DNA from: Desulfocapsa sulfexigens DSM 10523
GTDB lineage: Bacteria; Desulfobacterota; Desulfobulbia; Desulfobulbales; Desulfocapsaceae
Reading direction: 5' to 3'
DNA length: 32,000 nt
Assembly (NCBI RefSeq): GCF_000341395.1
Contig: NC_020304.1
Location: forward strand, 3,600,001 to 3,632,000
Within the stretch, counting starts at the first letter, position 1, and each line of letters begins with the position of its first letter. A program made the translations under genes and the position numbers. Shown here piece after piece: positions 9,345-17,422 of this stretch. A model generated the notes under the pieces. The model saw only the letters and a list, made by a program, of their open reading frames with translations, searched no databases and was not told the DNA's origin.

Positions 9345-12300
9345 TCACTCTCTTCCCGGAGATGAAACCACGACATCATAGGGGCAGTTCAGGTTTAACA
9401 GCTCGGAAAATGCTGCATCAGGTAATGGCGGGCTGAAGAGGTACCCCTGAATCTGCATATCCTTACTGTTTTGCAGAGAGAGAAATTCTAACTGTGCCCG
9501 GTTCTCAACCCCTTCTGCTACCAATTCAAGATTAAGAGCCTGGGCTAAAGAAATAATTGTCGTTGCAATGGACGAGCTATCCTTATTATCAGGAATATCC
9601 TTGATAAAGGAGCGGTCTATCTTCAGAGTGTCAATGGGCATCATGCGTAAATATTGAAGGGAGGAATAGCCGGTACCGAAGTCATCGAGGGCTAGACGGA
9701 TCCCTGCTTCTTTAAATTCTAATAATTGCTTGATTGCCGTCTGCTCATTACCCATCACCACACTTTCGGTAATCTCGAGTTCGAGGTGTGCAACTGGCAA
9801 CCCGACTTCATGTACAATGGCGACAAGAGTTCCCACAAGGTCTTTCTCCATGAATTGACGAGCGGAAAGATTTACAGACACTGAAAGCTTTTTATTTTTT
9901 TCCAACCACTTTCCTGTATCCACACAGGCTTTCCTCAGAACATATTCCCCGATGGGGACAATCAACCCTGTTTCTTCGGCTAGCGGAACAAAGTCCAGAG
10001 GGGAAATAACCTGCCCGTCAGTGGTCTGCCACCGAATGAGGGCCTCCATGCCCAGGATTTCACCAGACCCAATAGAGACTTTGGGCTGATAATAGACGAG
10101 AAATTCTTCACGATCGAGAGCCACGCGCAGGCGATTCTCAAGAGAAAGGCGGTGAATCACCTTGGAATTCATGCCCTTGGTAAAAAACTGATAGCGGTTT
10201 TTTCCTTCTATCTTTGCCCGGTACATGGCCAATTCACCATTCTTCAACAGGGTCTCAGCATCACGGCCATCACCAGGAAAGGAGGTTATCCCTATACTGG
10301 CCGTAATAAAGGTTTCATAGCTGGTCAGATTAAAGGATGTGGTAAATTGATCGAGAATTTTTTCCGCAGTCACTACGACATCTTTCAAATCCTCACATTG
10401 CTCGAGCAAGATAGCGAAATCATCACCGCCGAGGCGCGCCACCGTCGTATCGTCCTCCACACACGCTTTAAGACGTTCTGCAACCTGCTGTAACAGAAAA
10501 TCACCGGCCATATGTCCCAGTGAGTCATTAATATGTTTAAAATTATCAAGATCGAGACACAAAACCACAACATTATGTGAAGATTGCTGGGCGTGTCCTA
10601 TCGCCACCCTCAAACGGTCAAGCATTAGAAAGCGGTTAGGCAACGAAGTCAGTGCGTCATGATACGCCTGGAAATGAATCTGGTCTTCATAACTGCGAAT
10701 CTCTGTCAAATCATGAAAGACCGCAACATAATTGGTAACCCGGTCATACTCATCTGTAATTGCGGTAATGATCAAATATTCTGGATAGATCTCGCCATTC
10801 TTACGGCGGTTCCAGATCTCACCCTCCCATCTTCCTGTATCATTCAATATGGACCACATGGCTTGATAAAAAGCCTGGTCATGGCGATCAGATTTTAAAA
10901 TGCTCGGCTTATTTCCCACTGCCTCTTCACGGCTGTATCCGGTAATATGGGTGAAGGCCTGATTGACTGACTGGATAATACCACTGGCATCGGTAATGGT
11001 AATTCCTTCAATACTGCTTTCAAAGACCCGGGCCGCCAGGGCCAGTTGTTTTTTCCTCTCCCTGTGCAGAGTAACGTCTTGGACTGTACCGAACATCCGC
11101 AGAGGGAGTCCATTTGTGTCATATTCAATTTCACCTTCAACGCGTACCTCCAGATAGTGACGGTGACGGGTAACAACACGATAATAAATATTAAATGGCT
11201 CTCCGGTGTCAAGAACATGCGTCACCGCATCCTGCACACGTTGACGATCATCAGGATGAACAAACTTCAGAAAGACATTATAGGAAACCACTCCCTGATT
11301 ACTCTCTCTCTCTAATATCCGGTAAACCCCATCAGAAAAGAACAGATTGTTTTCTGGAATAAACCACTCCCAGTAGCCCAGCCTGGCAATCTCCTGAGCC
11401 TTGGTAAGGTTTGCCTTACTGGTGAGCAAACTATCTTCAGCCTCCTGCCTTTCAATAAGCAGAGCCAGGGTTCCGGCCACCACTTGCATAAAATTCAAAT
11501 GTCGATCTTCACAGACGTGAGCAACCTCGACATAAAGCATCAATACCCCGAGCACTTTCTCCAAATGAACAATGGGAATAATATAATGATGCCGTTTTTC
11601 ACTCGTCCCCAAGCGATACTGATCTTTACCGGGAAGTCCTCGAGTACAAATAATCTCTCTTTTTTGAGCCGCTATACCACAAAGACATTCACCAAACCGA
11701 ATAGTCTGGCAGTGTTTCAATAGAGAAACATCCATGTCTTTCTGCACGAAAAGAACAAGGCTCTCAGGTTCTTTCTTGTCGATTAGAAAAATCCCTCCAC
11801 GGGGAAGAAAATGAAGCCAGGGAAGTTTTACGATAATATCAAGGGCCTCGGAGAGTTGCTCTTTCAGAGATACATTCCTAAAACCGATCCGGAGGAGTTT
11901 GTTGATTGCACTTTCCTGCCAACGTCGCTGCTTCAACTCTTCTTCTGCTTTCTTCTGGGAAGTGATATCACGCCCAAGAACCACCAACCCCTTGCGGTTA
12001 CCATTTTCGTGGAAGAGAGGAATTTTATGGATATCAAGGATCGTACTCCCGCCCCCGGGCAAAGGAATAATTTCTTCACTCTGGGTCGGCTTTCCAGCCT
12101 TCCAGGATTCTTCATCGCTGGCCTCACAACTAAGAAATGCCCCCTTATAAAAGGGACTGAACTGGGCCAGCTCAGAATCTTTCTTACCTACATAATCAAT
12201 CCCCAGCAGCTGAAAAAGCTCCAAGTCCGCTTTGTTGGCTTCCAGCCATCTCCCGTTACCGTCTTTGAAACAAACAATATCGGGCATGGCATTGAGCAGC

Positions 12301-12368
12301 GTACGGAGTAATTCTTCTCCATGTAGAGAAGTAGATTTGTCAAATATTGATGATGATTGAGAAGACAT
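9345..12368 (-). CDS. Multidomain sensor protein: PAS - GAF-like - PAS - PAS - GGDEF (GGDDF) - EAL
   Basis: 1007 aa. GGDEF domain: HDALTSLPNRFLMLDRLRVAI...ARLGGDDFAILLE. EAL domain: YYQPKVSIGSGEILGMEALIRWQ, DDFGTGYSSLQYLR, IDRSFI. Confidence 0.93.
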   Translation of the reverse strand: MSSQSSSIFDKSTSLHGEELLRTLLNAMPDIVCFKDGNGRWLEANKADLELFQLLGIDYVGKKDSELAQFSPFYKGAFLSCEASDEESWKAGKPTQSEEIIPLPGGGSTILDIHKIPLFHENGNRKGLVVLGRDITSQKKAEEELKQRRWQESAINKLLRIGFRNVSLKEQLSEALDIIVKLPWLHFLPRGGIFLIDKKEPESLVLFVQKDMDVSLLKHCQTIRFGECLCGIAAQKREIICTRGLPGKDQYRLGTSEKRHHYIIPIVHLEKVLGVLMLYVEVAHVCEDRHLNFMQVVAGTLALLIERQEAEDSLLTSKANLTKAQEIARLGYWEWFIPENNLFFSDGVYRILERESNQGVVSYNVFLKFVHPDDRQRVQDAVTHVLDTGEPFNIYYRVVTRHRHYLEVRVEGEIEYDTNGLPLRMFGTVQDVTLHRERKKQLALAARVFESSIEGITITDASGIIQSVNQAFTHITGYSREEAVGNKPSILKSDRHDQAFYQAMWSILNDTGRWEGEIWNRRKNGEIYPEYLIITAITDEYDRVTNYVAVFHDLTEIRSYEDQIHFQAYHDALTSLPNRFLMLDRLRVAIGHAQQSSHNVVVLCLDLDNFKHINDSLGHMAGDFLLQQVAERLKACVEDDTTVARLGGDDFAILLEQCEDLKDVVVTAEKILDQFTTSFNLTSYETFITASIGITSFPGDGRDAETLLKNGELAMYRAKIEGKNRYQFFTKGMNSKVIHRLSLENRLRVALDREEFLVYYQPKVSIGSGEILGMEALIRWQTTDGQVISPLDFVPLAEETGLIVPIGEYVLRKACVDTGKWLEKNKKLSVSVNLSARQFMEKDLVGTLVAIVHEVGLPVAHLELEITESVVMGNEQTAIKQLLEFKEAGIRLALDDFGTGYSSLQYLRMMPIDTLKIDRSFIKDIPDNKDSSSIATTIISLAQALNLELVAEGVENRAQLEFLSLQNSKDMQIQGYLFSPPLPDAAFSELLNLNCPYDVVVSSPGRE

Positions 12369-12472
12369 GGCAAGATTAGTATAAAAGAGGATAATTAGTT
12401 TTCACTTACGAAAACACAATATTTATGACCTTCCTGAATAATGTGACGCAGAAGCCAGCTTGAGAATAAGTT

Positions 12473-12488
12473 TACCTTAATTAAGGTA
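12473..12488. promoter_or_regulatory. 16-bp perfect palindrome TACCTTAATTAAGGTA upstream of the GGDEF-EAL gene
   Basis: Directly visible, about 105 bp upstream of the start at 12368. Function inferred only from position. Confidence 0.35.
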
Positions 12489-12572
12489 GCATATCAATTC
12501 ATTCTCTATGCTGATTATTAATATCATCATCATTATTGATACTCAGTATTACTCATTCTATTTGAGCCAGTT

Positions 12573-12718
12573 CTCCGCAACAACTCAACTCTGAAAAAAA
12601 ATTACGTCCTGCTGAGCATACACGCCCTTACTTCCTCTAAATTCATACAGAAAAAGCTCTATTCACCTATAATTTTCACTAATACTCGTTTCTTACGTCT
12701 CCCATCAAATTCACCGTA
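12573..12718. repeat. Copy 2 of the lpxC-end/yjbQ-end junction (contains a decayed lpxC tail)
   Basis: See copy 1 at 9133-9290. The lpxC-like part (12573-12615) is non-coding here and carries a 7-nt deletion. Confidence 0.85.
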
Positions 12719-13075
12719 AAAAATCTGTTCCCAAGTTCCGAAATCCAACTGACCATCGGTTACTGCAACCACCACCTCCCTGCCCATGATTTGCCTTTTC
12801 ATATGGGCATCGGCATTATCCTCATAACCGTTATGGCGATACTGTTCCACGGGGGCATGAGGAGCTAGTTTTTCCAACCACACTTCATAATCGTGATGCA
12901 GGCCTGATTCGTCGTCATTAATAAAAACACTTGCCGTAATATGCATGGCGTTACAAAGTAGAAGCCCTTGTTTTATTGAGCTTTCTCTAAGACACTCTTC
13001 TACCTGTCGGGTAATGTTGATAAAAGCTCTTCTTGTCGGTGCTTCAAACCACAACTCTTTACGGTAATGTTTCAT
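12659..13075 (-). CDS. yjbQ: YjbQ/UPF0047 family protein (secondary thiamine-phosphate synthase-like)
   Basis: 138 aa, [83 protein letters not shown]. Confidence 0.88.
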   Translation of the reverse strand: MKHYRKELWFEAPTRRAFINITRQVEECLRESSIKQGLLLCNAMHITASVFINDDESGLHHDYEVWLEKLAPHAPVEQYRHNGYEDNADAHMKRQIMGREVVVAVTDGQLDFGTWEQIFYGEFDGRRKKRVLVKIIGE

Positions 13076-13389
13076 GACATATTCCCTTTTTTATTATGAT
13101 ACTGTTTTTACCTTTGGTTTTTGATAGTTGTATTTTTACATATAAACATTCCAATAACAATTATTTCTGTACGATCTCAGGATATTGTCCATTTCGAGAT
13201 TCAAAATTCATTTTCAATGATGGGGAAGTCCAAAATGATTTTTCCATTTGTCATTACAATCCTGCTGTTTTTTTTGTAGTGTATCTTGTGCCGATAAATG
13301 ACCATTTAGAAACCATTTTAGTCATCACGACATTTACCGGAATCGAGAAACCTTTATATCGACAACTTCAACCTTGAGAGACAGGCCCA

Positions 13390-13563
13390 ATGAAGACAGC
13401 ATCTCCCAGTACCAGGAAGCGCCGCTGTAGATATACTGATGAGCAGATTGAAATAATTCACGAAAAACACTGTGATGGAAAATCAATTAATGAACTTGCA
13501 CGAATGTATGCAGTTCACCCCAACACCATACGTAGGTATCTTTCCCGGTTTCGGGTCTACTGA
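13390..13563 (+). CDS. Small helix-turn-helix protein (transposase/recombinase-like HTH)
   Basis: Absent from the ORF track. Translation is MKTASPSTRKRRCRYTDEQIEIIHEKHCDGKSINELARMYAVHPNTIRRYLSRFRVY*. The Y-T-D-E...G-S-I-x-E-L-A-R...V-x-P-N-T-I-R-R-Y pattern is typical of HTH_23/IS3 OrfA-like domains. Confidence 0.5.
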   Translation: MKTASPSTRKRRCRYTDEQIEIIHEKHCDGKSINELARMYAVHPNTIRRYLSRFRVY

Positions 13564-13760
13564 CTGGTGATAAAAATCAAAAAAAATGGGTCTTCTAAGG
13601 AAAATGACCCGGCAAAAACATCTATGGACAAGCCGCAGATCTTCTCATTAATTTGCCATCTTGAAGATCTGAAGATACTCTCAATTCACCATGGTTACCT
13701 TCCTGCTGCATTGCCGATGGGGTCAAGAATCAAACTATCAAAATAGTGGAGTATCACAAT

Positions 13761-13794
13761 AAAAAAAAGCCCGATAGAATTACTCCTACCAGGC
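13761..13794 (-). terminator. Rho-independent terminator downstream of hisHF
   Basis: Minus strand GCCTGGTAGG-AGTAAT-TCTATCGGGC stem (with G-U pairs) followed by TTTTTTTT. Confidence 0.75.
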
Positions 13795-13819
13795 CTTTTT
13801 CAGTACACCACAACAACGG

Positions 13820-15415
13820 TTACCGTATCTCCACCCCACTCTCTCTAAGGGCTGTCTTCACCTCGGAAATAGGGACTTCCTTACGATGAAAAATTCCTGC
13901 AGCAAGTGCTGCTTCTGCATTGGTCTCCTTAAAAACATCCACAAAATGAGCGGCTGAACCGGCTCCTGAAGATGCTATAACAGGTATGGTCACCGCACTT
14001 TTCACATGGTTGATCAGCTCAAAATCAAATCCGCTGTTGGTGCCATCCTTATCAATACAGTTTAAAAGAATTTCCCCGGCACCCAGAGCCTCGCAACTCG
14101 CAGCAAGCTGTACTGCATCCAGATCACGTCCTTCCCGGCCACCTTTCACGGTACACTGGTACCAGCAGTACTCCTCACCATCTGGCCCTGGAAAAGCCGT
14201 TTTTATGGTATTATGATCGGTATCTTCAGGCTTGTTCACATACACCCGCCTCGGATCGACGGAGATAACAACGGCCTGAGCTCCATAGACAAATGAAATC
14301 TGCTCGATAGAGCTTTTGCCGGTTTTTTTACCGGTTTTCATATATTCTTCAGCGGTGTAACAGGCATCGGAACCAATGGAGATTTTATCAGCACCGGAAC
14401 GAAAATATTCCGAGGCAACATCAAGTGAGGTATATTCCCTGCCATTGGAATCGGTAAATTCACGGATACCACCACCAATGGTGAGAGGTACAAAGACATT
14501 TTCAGAAGTCCTCTGTAACACTTCAAGCATGGGTTGATCTTCCATTGGAAAATCCCTGAATCCTGTAATATTTAAAAAAGTTATTTCGTCGGCACCTTCT
14601 TCGTAGTATCGTCTGGCAAGCTCCACCGGTTTGCCGAGATTTCTCACCTCTCCCCTGTCACGCACATCATACTGATCGCCCTTGGTGACAACCAGATCTC
14701 CATTGTCGTTGCTTCGTACATCCAGACAGGCAATAACACGTTTCGCCATCCTGGTCTCCCGGTGAGTACCAGACTCCCGGCCAGTTATGACTGTGACACT
14801 CTCATCATTCGTTGCTTGAAGATAATTCCCTAAAATATTTAATCCTGCAGCACCACTTTTTTCCGGATGAAACTGGAATGCGGTTATATTCCCTTTCTGA
14901 ACACCACTGACAAATTCCTCACCGTAATTGGTTGTGGTGAGCAACCACTCCTTATCAACCTCTTCAAGCGTTGCCCGGTAGGAGTGGACGAAATACAGTT
15001 TCTCGCCGTTATATCCAGAAAACAGCGGTGACGGCTTATGCAGGTTCACCCCATTCCAGCCAATCTGGGGAACAGAAAGACTGCTTTCGGTGAATCGCCT
15101 AACCTGTCCTTTTAATATGGAGAGTCCAGCAACACCTGGTGATTCTTCACTCCCCTCAAACAGGGCCTGAAGCGCCACACAGATTCCAAGAACCGGTTTA
15201 TCTGAATGTATTCGTTCTATTAGAGGCTCCACAAAGCCATCTCGCCTTAGACGGTTCATGACCGAGCCATAACTCCCAACACCTGGAAAGATTAATCGTT
15301 CGGCATTAAGAATATCAGCAGGATTTTGCACGTCCTGTACACTATAGCCAAGTTTTCGTATCGCATTCCTGACGCTGCGGACATTGCCAGCGCCATAGTC
15401 AAGTAAGGTTATCAT
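13820..15415 (-). CDS. hisHF: Bifunctional imidazole glycerol phosphate synthase (HisH glutaminase fused to HisF cyclase), eukaryotic HIS7-like
   Basis: 531 aa. HisH part: MITLLDYGAGNVRSVRNAIRKLGY, PVLGICVALQALFEGSEESPG, FQFHPEKSG. HisF part: MAKRVIACLDVRSNDNG, VPLTIGGGIREF, GADKISIGSDAC, GAGEILLNCIDKDGTNSGFD, VIASSGAG. Confidence 0.93.
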   Translation of the reverse strand: MITLLDYGAGNVRSVRNAIRKLGYSVQDVQNPADILNAERLIFPGVGSYGSVMNRLRRDGFVEPLIERIHSDKPVLGICVALQALFEGSEESPGVAGLSILKGQVRRFTESSLSVPQIGWNGVNLHKPSPLFSGYNGEKLYFVHSYRATLEEVDKEWLLTTTNYGEEFVSGVQKGNITAFQFHPEKSGAAGLNILGNYLQATNDESVTVITGRESGTHRETRMAKRVIACLDVRSNDNGDLVVTKGDQYDVRDRGEVRNLGKPVELARRYYEEGADEITFLNITGFRDFPMEDQPMLEVLQRTSENVFVPLTIGGGIREFTDSNGREYTSLDVASEYFRSGADKISIGSDACYTAEEYMKTGKKTGKSSIEQISFVYGAQAVVISVDPRRVYVNKPEDTDHNTIKTAFPGPDGEEYCWYQCTVKGGREGRDLDAVQLAASCEALGAGEILLNCIDKDGTNSGFDFELINHVKSAVTIPVIASSGAGSAAHFVDVFKETNAEAALAAGIFHRKEVPISEVKTALRESGVEIR

Positions 15416-15422
15416 TTTGTAA

Positions 15423-16019
15423 TTACGCTAATTTTCTGTAATATTTTCCGTTGGCACAGCCACGACAGAGATTTTTGCCATTCTGCTCAACATCTCGACA
15501 GTCCTGAACCCAGTCACCACAACTTTCACACTGAATACGTCTAAGCGGCCTACCCGGCATATCTTCTTTGGGGATATCAACATGCACTTCATCCACGGTG
15601 AAGAGTTCCTCCTCGGGCATGACGCGATAGGCGCCAAGCTGACGCTGGTATTTGTTTTCAATCTCTGGACAATATTTTTTTGAGAGCTCACGTGATTCTT
15701 CCCGGGCAACGATACGCACGGCCTTACCGGTGTCGAGATTGACAAAGGTGGCTGCCATAACCCCATAGTCAATCCAGCGCATGGAACGTTTCCCCAAACT
15801 ACATCCGGTTACCGACTGGATGGCATCCGTTGCACAGCGGTCAATTTCCACCAGCACATAGAGTTTTTTGCGATCAAGTCCTCTTGGGTCCTGAATACCA
15901 ATGGCTGCAAGGCCCAGCATGGACATTCGTACGCCAATAACTTGTCCGGCACAGATATGACCATGAACCTTGGTTGATCGTTCCAGCAGGACATCAAATG
16001 ATTCCATTTTGTTCTCCAA
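15423..16019 (-). CDS. FmdE-family protein with C-terminal zinc finger
   Basis: 198 aa, HGHICAGQVIGVRM, DRCATDAIQSVTGCSLGKRSM, and C-terminal CESCGDWV...CRGCANGKYY. Confidence 0.85.
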   Translation of the reverse strand: MENKMESFDVLLERSTKVHGHICAGQVIGVRMSMLGLAAIGIQDPRGLDRKKLYVLVEIDRCATDAIQSVTGCSLGKRSMRWIDYGVMAATFVNLDTGKAVRIVAREESRELSKKYCPEIENKYQRQLGAYRVMPEEELFTVDEVHVDIPKEDMPGRPLRRIQCESCGDWVQDCRDVEQNGKNLCRGCANGKYYRKLA

Positions 16020-16110
16020 AAAGATTACGAAATTAAAACCTCTTTATTCAAATACACTTCACAATACTCAGCCACCAATCCAGTGTCAACAAACCAGGGG
16101 GGAGCAAGCC

Positions 16111-16677
16111 CTAAAACTCGAACCCTTTCTGCGCTTTAACACCTGACTGGTATGGATGCTTGATCTCCTTCATCTCCGTCACAAGTTCCGCCAGTTCGAT
16201 CAGGCCAGCCGATGCGTAGCGGCCGGTAACCACCACATGCTGTTCCCGTGGCCTATTTCTTAACACCTCAAGAATCTCCTCCTCATCAAGAATATTATAA
16301 TGCGGAAGATAGGTCAGCTCATCCAGGATAACCATATCATATGTGTTCGCCTGAATGACCTCTTTTGCAAAATCCCACGCTTCGACTGCGAGCTGTTTAT
16401 CCTTTTCGAGATCATCGGATTTCCAGGTAAATCCCCGCCCCATCACATGAAAATCGAGTAATGGCGTAAACTGCTTTGCCATTTCCAGTTCCCCGTATTT
16501 CCAACTCCCTTTGATGAATTGGATAATACAAACCCTGTGGCCATGCCCAAGAGCCCTGAAGGCCAGGCCCAGTGATGCGGTAGTCTTCCCTTTACCGTTA
16601 CCGGTAAAGACTGCAACAAGACCTGTGGTGCTGTTCTTAGTTGGCTTTTCTTGTGCCATGACTAAAGCTCCTGTCAT
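16111..16677 (-). CDS. cobO: Cob(I)alamin adenosyltransferase
   Basis: The ORF track runs to 16728, but the likely start is MTGALVMAQEK (16677) or MAQEK (16659), because the longer form overlaps cobM. Motifs: VFTGNGKGKTTASLGLAFRALGHG, DMVILDEL, VVTGRYAS. Confidence 0.9.
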   Translation of the reverse strand: MTGALVMAQEKPTKNSTTGLVAVFTGNGKGKTTASLGLAFRALGHGHRVCIIQFIKGSWKYGELEMAKQFTPLLDFHVMGRGFTWKSDDLEKDKQLAVEAWDFAKEVIQANTYDMVILDELTYLPHYNILDEEEILEVLRNRPREQHVVVTGRYASAGLIELAELVTEMKEIKHPYQSGVKAQKGFEF

Positions 16678-17422
16678 ACAGTTTTGATACTGCCTCAAGA
16701 TCGGTATTGGCAAAAACTCTCCCGACACAGATCATGGCAGTCTTTCTGATTCCGGCCTGTTCAACCTGTGCCGCAATGGATTTCAAGCTTCCCGTAAGAA
16801 TGGTCTCATCATCCCAGGTCGCCTTTTCAACTATCGCCACAGGAGTATCTTCAGGATATCCGCCTGCTATCAGTTCCTCCACCACCTTATCCATCATCGA
16901 TACAGAAAGAAAAATAAGCATGGTGGTCTGATGACTGGCAAGGAGTTGTAACTTTTCAAGCTCGGGGACAGGAGTACGTCCCTCCTGACGGGTAATAATG
17001 ACGGTCTGGGCAACTTCAGGAAGGGTCAACTCGGCATTGAGGGCGGCGGCCGCGCCAAATGCGGAACTCACACCCGGCACAACCCTATAGGGAATCTGCA
17101 GTGCATCGAGTTGCTGCATCTGTTCCTTGATTGCCCCAAAGATCGAAGGATCTCCGGTGTGAAGCCGTACAACGCGCTGCCCCTTTTTCCAGGCAGTGGA
17201 GAGTATCGTGATAATTTCATCAAGATTCATCCCCTGCGAGTCATGAATATCAGCCTTACAGCCCTCAAGAAGTTTTTTGTTTACAAGGCTCCCGGCATAA
17301 ACAATACACTCTGCCTCATCAAGCAGCCTTCTTCCTTTTATGGTGATAAGTTCCACATCACCAGGCCCTGCACCAACTATCGCTATAGGCTGCTTATTGA
17401 TCTCTTTTCTACTCATCACCAA
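16637..17422 (-). CDS. cobM: Precorrin-4 / cobalt-precorrin-4 C11-methyltransferase
   Basis: 261 aa, IAIVGAGPGDVELITIKGRRLLDEAECIVYAGSLV, VVRLHTGDPSIFGAIKEQM, YRVVPGVSS. Confidence 0.93.
   Translation of the reverse strand: MVMSRKEINKQPIAIVGAGPGDVELITIKGRRLLDEAECIVYAGSLVNKKLLEGCKADIHDSQGMNLDEIITILSTAWKKGQRVVRLHTGDPSIFGAIKEQMQQLDALQIPYRVVPGVSSAFGAAAALNAELTLPEVAQTVIITRQEGRTPVPELEKLQLLASHQTTMLIFLSVSMMDKVVEELIAGGYPEDTPVAIVEKATWDDETILTGSLKSIAAQVEQAGIRKTAMICVGRVFANTDLEAVSKLYDRSFSHGTRKAN

Noticed and set aside
11811-12311. 166-aa plus-strand ORF
   Set aside because: Lies entirely antisense to the well-supported PAS-GGDEF-EAL gene, with no recognisable domain. Most likely a shadow ORF.
13096-13377. 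93-aa plus-strand ORF between yjbQ and the small HTH gene
   Set aside because: Cys/Phe-rich, with no domain and no convincing ribosome site; cannot be supported as coding.
13561-13563. In-frame TGA as a possible selenocysteine codon
   Set aside because: No SECIS-like stem-loop immediately downstream (A-rich sequence), and the context (…RFRVY-U-LVIKIKK) is not a known selenoprotein motif. A stop, frameshift or decayed ORF is simpler.
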